DNA of 64,000 nucleotides from Bacillota bacterium (GTDB lineage Bacteria; Bacillota; Ch66; Ch109): NCBI GenBank assembly GCA_050952625.1, contig JBMNLH010000001.1, positions 1,440,001 to 1,504,000 of the forward strand, read 5' to 3'. Shown piece by piece: positions 58,261 to 64,000 of this stretch (position 1 is its first letter; each line of letters starts with the position of its first letter). The notes under the pieces were generated by a model. It saw only the letters and a program-made list of their open reading frames with translations, ran no database searches and was not told where the DNA came from. The position numbers and the translations under genes were made by a program.

Positions 58261-58451
58261 ATAACATCTCTAATCGCGACGTTCAATTGAGTTGGAAATA
58301 CCGGAAAAATGGCACAAGGGACAACTTAGAGTTAATGCAGAAAGGCCTTTGAAGAATCCTTCGGAGACCTTTCCTTTTTCCGAATAAAGGTCTGACCCTC
58401 CTAGAAAAGTTTACCTTAAACGGATGTTTAATGTTTCAATAAAAGTACCAT

Positions 58452-60848
58452 TCAAAGCCGCACTCGTTTCAGCCGCAAAGCGTTACTCACTACGGAAACC
58501 GAACTCAGAGCCATGGCCCCTCCAGCCAGGACCGGACTCAGCAGGCCAGCCGCAGCGACTGGAATCCCCACCAGGTTGTAGATAAAAGCCCAAAACAGGT
58601 TTTGTTTAACGTTACGCATTGTGGCTTGGCTAAGCCGGATTGCGGTCGTAATCGATCGCAGGTCTCCGCGCATCAGGGTGATATCGGCTGCTTCCATGGC
58701 GACATCGGTCCCGGTACCCATGGCAATTCCCACGTCTGCCGTGGCCAAGGCTGGGGCATCGTTAATTCCATCCCCGATCATGGCGACAATTCGGCCCTGA
58801 TCTTTCAGCCTTTGGACTTCTCGGGCCTTATCCTCCGGCAGTACCTCAGCCAGGACCTGATCAATCCCAACTTCTTTGGCGATGGCCCGGGAGGTCCGCT
58901 GGTTATCCCCGGTGATCATCCACACCTGAATCCCCATGTTCTTCAGTTCTTGAATCGCCGCGGCTGAGTGTTCCTTGACTGTATCCGCCACCCCGATAAC
59001 CGCAGCGACAGATTGGTCAACGGCCAATATGACCGTGGTTTTGCCGGCCCCCTCTAATTCTTCTAGAATCGGCTGCACTGATTCCACACTAATTCCCTGC
59101 TCTTCCAAAAAAGGCCGGGTTCCCATCAGGACCTGCCGGCCTTCGACGCAGGAAACCACACCCTTCCCGGGCACGGCTGTAAATTCCTCCGGATCAATCA
59201 GGTCAAACCCAGGTGTCCTTGCCAAGGCTCCTTGCACAATTGCCTGGGCCACCGGGTGCTCGGATAGTTTTTCAACTCGGGCGGCCCAGTTTAATAGCAC
59301 CGCCTCTTGACTGGCGTACAGCCCAACCGCCACAAAATCTGTTAGGGCTGGTTCACCCTTGGTGATAGTACCGGTCTTGTCCAACACCACGGTATCCACC
59401 CGGTGCGCTCGTTCCAGGTGCTCCCCGCCGCGAATCAGGATCCCGTTTTCCGCTCCCCGGCCGGTTCCAACCATGATCGAGGTGGGCGTTGCTAATCCCA
59501 TGGCACACGGGCAGGCAATCACCAGAACCGCGGTGGCACTAATCAGGGCGCGCGAAAAGTTGCCTGGGGCCACCCCCCAGTACCAGATTGCAAAGGTACT
59601 GAGGGCAATGACAACCACCACCGGGACAAAATAGCTGGCGACCAGGTCTGCCAACCGTTGGATTGGAGCCTTGGAACCCTGGGCCTCTTGGACTACGCGA
59701 ATGATTTGGGCGAGCACCGTATCCCGGCCGACTCGGGTGGCTTCGATTTTCAGCACCCCAAACTTGTTCACCGTGGCCCCGGCCACCAAATCGCCTGACT
59801 GTTTGTCAACTGGTACGCTTTCCCCAGTTAGCATTGATTCATCAACCGCTGAGTAGCCTTCTTTGACCTGGCCATCCACGGGGATTCGCTCTCCAGGCCG
59901 CACGACCACCAGATCACCGACCATTACCTCGGTGGTGGGAATTTCTCGTTCCTGCCCGGCCCGAATAACCCGGGCGGTTCGGGGTTGGAGGCCCATCAGC
60001 TTCCGGATCGCTTCTGAGGTTCGGCCTTTGGCCAAAGATTCCAGGTACTTGCCCAGTAAAATCAGGGTGATCAAGATGGCACTGACCTCAAAATACAGAT
60101 GGGTATGCGGCGTCAAGAAACCAATTCCCAGACTATAAAAATAAGCAGAACTGGTTCCCAAAGCTACCAGCACGTCCATATTGGCACTGCCGCTGCGCAG
60201 GGCACTAAAAGCCCCGCGGTAAAAGGGATAGCCGGCGATAAACTGAACCGGGGTCGCTAGCAGCACCTGCGTTGAAAAGGCGGTCAACCACCTGGGTAGA
60301 GCAAAACCCAGGAATTCTCCCAACATCATAATTAGAAAGGGTACAGACAGGGTTGCGGAAAACAGGAGGAGTCGAAGTCTCTGCCGTATTTCCCCAGATT
60401 CAGTTTTTTGTACCTCTTCTTCCTGTAAAGTGGTTGCCGGACGAGCCTCAAAACCCAGGCGCGCAATAGTTCCAACAAGGTCTTCCACCACCACTTCGGT
60501 TGGAAGGTATTCGACTGTCGCCGTCTCTGTAGCCAGGTTAACACTGGCCTTTTCTACCCCGGCCAGTTTATTCAGCCCTTTTTCGACCCGGGCCACACAG
60601 GCAGCGCAGGCCATGCCTTTAATTTTTAGCTCGATCTTTTCCGTTGGCACCGTGAAGCCCAGCCGTTCAATCTGTTCTACCAGACCAGACACCGCCAGAA
60701 CCTCCGGGTCATATTCGACTGAGGCTTGCTCCAGGGCTAAATTTACCTGGGCGTGGTTAACCCCAGGCAGCCGACTCAGGCCCTTTTCAATTCGGGCCGA
60801 ACACGCAGCACAGCTCATTCCCTTCACTTTCAACGATACCCGCTGCAT
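58452..60848 (-). CDS. copA: Copper-translocating P1B-1 ATPase
   Basis: Two GMxCAAC HMA domains, CPC, DKTGT, YN and MALSS motifs. Confidence 0.95.
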   Translation of the reverse strand: MQRVSLKVKGMSCAACSARIEKGLSRLPGVNHAQVNLALEQASVEYDPEVLAVSGLVEQIERLGFTVPTEKIELKIKGMACAACVARVEKGLNKLAGVEKASVNLATETATVEYLPTEVVVEDLVGTIARLGFEARPATTLQEEEVQKTESGEIRQRLRLLLFSATLSVPFLIMMLGEFLGFALPRWLTAFSTQVLLATPVQFIAGYPFYRGAFSALRSGSANMDVLVALGTSSAYFYSLGIGFLTPHTHLYFEVSAILITLILLGKYLESLAKGRTSEAIRKLMGLQPRTARVIRAGQEREIPTTEVMVGDLVVVRPGERIPVDGQVKEGYSAVDESMLTGESVPVDKQSGDLVAGATVNKFGVLKIEATRVGRDTVLAQIIRVVQEAQGSKAPIQRLADLVASYFVPVVVVIALSTFAIWYWGVAPGNFSRALISATAVLVIACPCAMGLATPTSIMVGTGRGAENGILIRGGEHLERAHRVDTVVLDKTGTITKGEPALTDFVAVGLYASQEAVLLNWAARVEKLSEHPVAQAIVQGALARTPGFDLIDPEEFTAVPGKGVVSCVEGRQVLMGTRPFLEEQGISVESVQPILEELEGAGKTTVILAVDQSVAAVIGVADTVKEHSAAAIQELKNMGIQVWMITGDNQRTSRAIAKEVGIDQVLAEVLPEDKAREVQRLKDQGRIVAMIGDGINDAPALATADVGIAMGTGTDVAMEAADITLMRGDLRSITTAIRLSQATMRNVKQNLFWAFIYNLVGIPVAAAGLLSPVLAGGAMALSSVSVVSNALRLKRVRL

Positions 60849-61075
60849 TTTTTATGACTCCCTTGAAGATTTTATATTCTTCTATAGGTTATAGTTTTAG
60901 TTTGTAGTTTTTACTCTCAGTTAAACTTAATCCTACTGTTTAATTTTTCCACTATTTGTTCATAAGATTAAGAGGGTAACTTGCGATAACATGTTGCCCT
61001 CCGGTAGTAGATGCAATGTACTAGATTCGTGGTTTTCTTTTAATATCCAAATGTTTAGCCAGGATAAATTCCTAG

Positions 61076-61192
61076 TTTATCTGAGTTCAAAAGACTCCTG
61101 CTTATATTAGTGGTGCTTACTTTGTTCAAACTTCAGGTGGAGTAGAGTCTCCACCAGAATCCCCGATGTTCAGCGAAGCTGAACGAGTTTAC
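61076..61192 (+). mobile_element. PATE-like miniature element, copy 3
   Basis: Same structure as copies 1 and 2; ends GAGTTTAC. Confidence 0.65.
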
Positions 61193-61212
61193 TTTCTATA
61201 TCGTTTGCAATA

Positions 61213-61293
61213 CTAACGGGACCACAGAATCAAAAATCCTGGAATTATCGCCGGAACAATTACCAGATGAAAACATCCGCTATGTATCTCCAC
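61213..61293 (-). CDS. 26-aa hydrophobic peptide with sequestered SD, type I toxin-like candidate
   Basis: AAGGAGG 9 nt before GTG; MEIHSGCFHLVIVPAIIPGFLILWSR; 11-bp perfect anti-SD at 61350-61360. Confidence 0.4.
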   Translation of the reverse strand: MEIHSGCFHLVIVPAIIPGFLILWSR

Positions 61294-61522
61294 GGCATCA
61301 GTCCTCCTTCCCTTGCCCGGTACCGGCATCCTCCCACCAGCACCAGGCAGAAGGAGGACTTTGCGATTTAACCCGTTAACTGAAGGCGTATACCTTACCA
61401 TGTTAAATTTTGGCTCAATTCTCCTGGTTTCTCAAGGATGATAATAAGACGGGTTCTACTTAATACTGCCGATCGGACTTGTTAAAAACAAATAGCGGGT
61501 TAACCCATCCTGAAATAGTGCT

Positions 61523-62455
61523 TTATTCACCGTGCTGAAACAAAGCCGTACTCAAGTAGCGTTCCCCGGTATCCGGTAAGATGGCAACAATAAGTTTACC
61601 CTGATTTTCCTCCCGTCGGGCTAACTCCAAGGCGGCACAGGCTGCTGCTCCGGAGGAAATGCCGACCAACAGGCCTTCCTCTCGGGCTAACCGGCGGCCG
61701 GTCTGAAGTGCATCTTCGTTACTGACCTTGACGATTTCGTCAAGCAAGGGTAGTTCCAGGACCTGCGGGATGAAGCCGGCCCCAATTCCCTGCAGCAGAT
61801 GGGGACCAGGGGTTCCGCCGGAGAGGACCGGGGAAGCCGCGGGCTCGACGCCAACAACTTTTAGGCCTGGTTTGCGGTCCTTGAGCACCTGGGCAAGACC
61901 GGTGATGGTACCACCGGTCCCAACGCCGGCCACCACTAAATCCACCTGGCCATCAGTGTCCCGCCAGATTTCTTCTGCAGTTGTTCGCCGGTGAATCTCA
62001 GGATTGGCTGGATTCTCAAACTGCTGGGGCATAAAGGCCCCCGGTATTTCTTTGACCAGTTCAGTCGCTTTTTGAATAGCCCCGCTCATCCCGGCCTCGC
62101 CCGGGGTCAACACCACTTCAGCCCCGTAGGCTTTAAGCAAATTACGCCGCTCGAGGCTCATGGTTTCCGGCATGGTAAGGATTAGGCGATAACCGCGGAC
62201 CGCGGCCACTAAAGCCAGGCCAATCCCGGTATTGCCGCTGGTTGGTTCAACAATCACGGCTCCTGGTTTAAGCAGTCCCTGTTCCTCAGCCCGGCGAATC
62301 ATATTCAAACCGATGCGGTCTTTGCTGCTGCCGCCCGGATTAAAGGACTCCAATTTTACGACCACATCGGCCTTTGCTCCCACCGTTAATCGCTGCAGCC
62401 GGAGCAATGGGGTATTGCCAATAAGCTCAGTTAAGCTGTTAGCTATGTTAGCCAT
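61523..62455 (-). CDS. cysK: Cysteine synthase A
   Basis: [41 protein letters not shown]. Confidence 0.97.
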   Translation of the reverse strand: MANIANSLTELIGNTPLLRLQRLTVGAKADVVVKLESFNPGGSSKDRIGLNMIRRAEEQGLLKPGAVIVEPTSGNTGIGLALVAAVRGYRLILTMPETMSLERRNLLKAYGAEVVLTPGEAGMSGAIQKATELVKEIPGAFMPQQFENPANPEIHRRTTAEEIWRDTDGQVDLVVAGVGTGGTITGLAQVLKDRKPGLKVVGVEPAASPVLSGGTPGPHLLQGIGAGFIPQVLELPLLDEIVKVSNEDALQTGRRLAREEGLLVGISSGAAACAALELARREENQGKLIVAILPDTGERYLSTALFQHGE

Positions 62456-62591
62456 TCTATCTTATCCGCTCCTTCATCATATGATAAGTTCTTTTTATAT
62501 CCCTTTCCACCATTTATCGATAAATTAATTTAATGCCACCTAAAAATTTTAATTTTGGAAATCTCTAATGCATTGCCCCTGCTTGATAAAT

Positions 62592-63677
62592 TTAATACCA
62601 TCTAAAAACCACTGGGAGATCGGTTATACCCTGTTCAGATGCCTTATCTTGGAAAGCGTTATATAGCTTGTCCAATATTTCCTTGTTTACTTCCCAGTCG
62701 TTATCAAACCTGAATTCTAGATAACCCTCACTGCTAGTGCCTGACCCTCGAACGGGTCCTTCTGGGGCAGATATGCCTTCCAATTCTTCCCACAACTCAT
62801 CCCGCACTTCTTTTTTCCCAAATACACCAATCAGTTGCTCATACCAATCTCTTTCCTGACGAAAACTTGCACGGCTGATAAACGCTCCCCTGGTTTCAAT
62901 AATTGATTCATCCTCTTCCTTTCCCCTGGGGAAATCAGCCTTACGTTCTATTTCAAGTGGATAATACCTGAAATACGAAGCTATTCTCTCGGGTAATAGT
63001 TCAATATTCTTAATCCTTAGTGGGTTATTAGGCTCTTGCGAAACCCCGACTTCTATCATTAGCATTTGACCATCTTCAAATTCTAAAAGGGCCGGTTGGT
63101 TAAATCTTAAAGGGTGCTGCTGCAGATAAGGTTCTACATTCTGAAATTCTTCCAGGGTAAAGTCATCCCGATAATCCTCAAAAAACAACTCCTGAATATT
63201 CTCGAAATTAGTTCCCTCTCTCAATTCTGAGCGATACAGCTGAATGGCAGTAGAAGGTTTTGAAGATATGCTTTGATAAGCGGTTACCCCCAAAACACTA
63301 ATCAGGGTTAAGGCTAGTACCCCTTTTTCCAGCATGGTCAAATCTAAGCTTTCCCAAAGCGTTGAGATTATTAAGGCAACCAAAAACAAGACTATAGGAA
63401 CGTATTCTAATGAAAATCCGGTTAATTCCTTCGCCGTCACGTAAAAAATTGTAATAGTGATAAAGACCATACAAATAAATATAATCCGTTGCTTGAGAGA
63501 ACTTTTATCAGTTATGTAGTATCGGTTGGTTAAGAAAAAGGCAAACATCATCAATGCGGATAACAAAGTAAAAATTATAAGTTCTTGCATATTGGGTTCT
63601 GTACTACTATAAAAAATGCCCACCAATAATACAAAGAGAATTGTTAATAATAAGATATTATTTTTCCCTTTCACCAT
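62592..63677 (-). CDS. Hypothetical membrane protein (5 N-terminal TMs, acidic soluble C-terminal domain)
   Basis: 361-aa ORF, SD AAGGAAGGT; no recognised family. Confidence 0.75.
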   Translation of the reverse strand: MVKGKNNILLLTILFVLLVGIFYSSTEPNMQELIIFTLLSALMMFAFFLTNRYYITDKSSLKQRIIFICMVFITITIFYVTAKELTGFSLEYVPIVLFLVALIISTLWESLDLTMLEKGVLALTLISVLGVTAYQSISSKPSTAIQLYRSELREGTNFENIQELFFEDYRDDFTLEEFQNVEPYLQQHPLRFNQPALLEFEDGQMLMIEVGVSQEPNNPLRIKNIELLPERIASYFRYYPLEIERKADFPRGKEEDESIIETRGAFISRASFRQERDWYEQLIGVFGKKEVRDELWEELEGISAPEGPVRGSGTSSEGYLEFRFDNDWEVNKEILDKLYNAFQDKASEQGITDLPVVFRWY

Positions 63678-64000
63678 GATTACCTTCCTTAATCAAATAT
63701 TGGAACTGCGTCCACCAATCGCTGACCTATGTTAAAAACACTGCGCCAATTTTTCATGTTCTGATGGTGCCGTGCCGCTTAGGGGCATGAACAAGTACTT
63801 TGAATCCCGTTTCCCTGCAGGTGAGGCAACCATCTGATTTGCCGAAACGGGCCGCAAAGACCCTGCCTTAGGCATGGTGATATATAGCACAGCTAGCACA
63901 GCAGCCATAGGCTGCATTTGATTTCTTTAAAGTTTTTTAAAAATGTGTTGTATACTTTGTATAAGCTTTAATCAAATCATAACCAAAGAGCATCAAACAG

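Noticed and set aside
1109-62528. Most remaining 60-190 aa ORFs in the track overlapping recognised genes
   Set aside because: Antisense or alternate-frame shadows of well-supported CDSs, without SD or motifs.
63815-63920. c-di-GMP-I riboswitch-like words (GAAA..CGCAAAG..CAGCC..GCTGC) and 61-aa ORF 63732-63917
   Set aside because: Could not build the required stems, and the ORF has no SD or recognisable family; an Rfam scan would settle it.

Overview
64 kb from a spore-forming anaerobic Firmicute (Clostridia/Peptococcaceae-like: GerK operon, TRAP, SigH/SigK-like promoters). Two conserved housekeeping blocks, polA-mutM-coaE-SLT (0.7-5.9 kb; polA has a 1-nt frameshift) and dnaE-mtrB-pfkA-pyk (38.4-45.4 kb), bracket about 32 kb of variable content. 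That content includes CapA, a PTQAP-repeat/ferritin-like protein, an orphan NHLP-leader RiPP precursor, tRNA-Leu(CAA), a GerK receptor, a DUF4855 protein, an orphan betaine-binding protein, a TPR/propeller/ADP-ribosylhydrolase operon and a full glycine-cleavage operon. The best candidate for an undescribed system is a 4-gene operon at 17300-21913: a 109-aa non-canonical substrate candidate, two tandem EpeE(YydG)-type radical SAM epimerase-like enzymes, and a PoyC/TIGR03975-type cobalamin radical SAM C-methyltransferase. It has no peptidase or exporter, has a SigH-like promoter, and is bounded by a perfect 26-bp direct repeat that duplicates the 3' end of the neighbouring gene. The right third holds a DUF4258/DUF2283 pair, a rhodanese-flippase-TIGR04283/TIGR04282-BioB-like rSAM-DedA operon without ArsS/ArsM, Zn/Cd and Cu P-type ATPases, an interrupted Rpn gene with an intact internal RpnS start, a possible type I toxin, cysK, and several small dispersed repeat families (IS200/IS605-type PATE-like, REP/REPIN-like). 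All family assignments are by eye from motifs; no searches were run.
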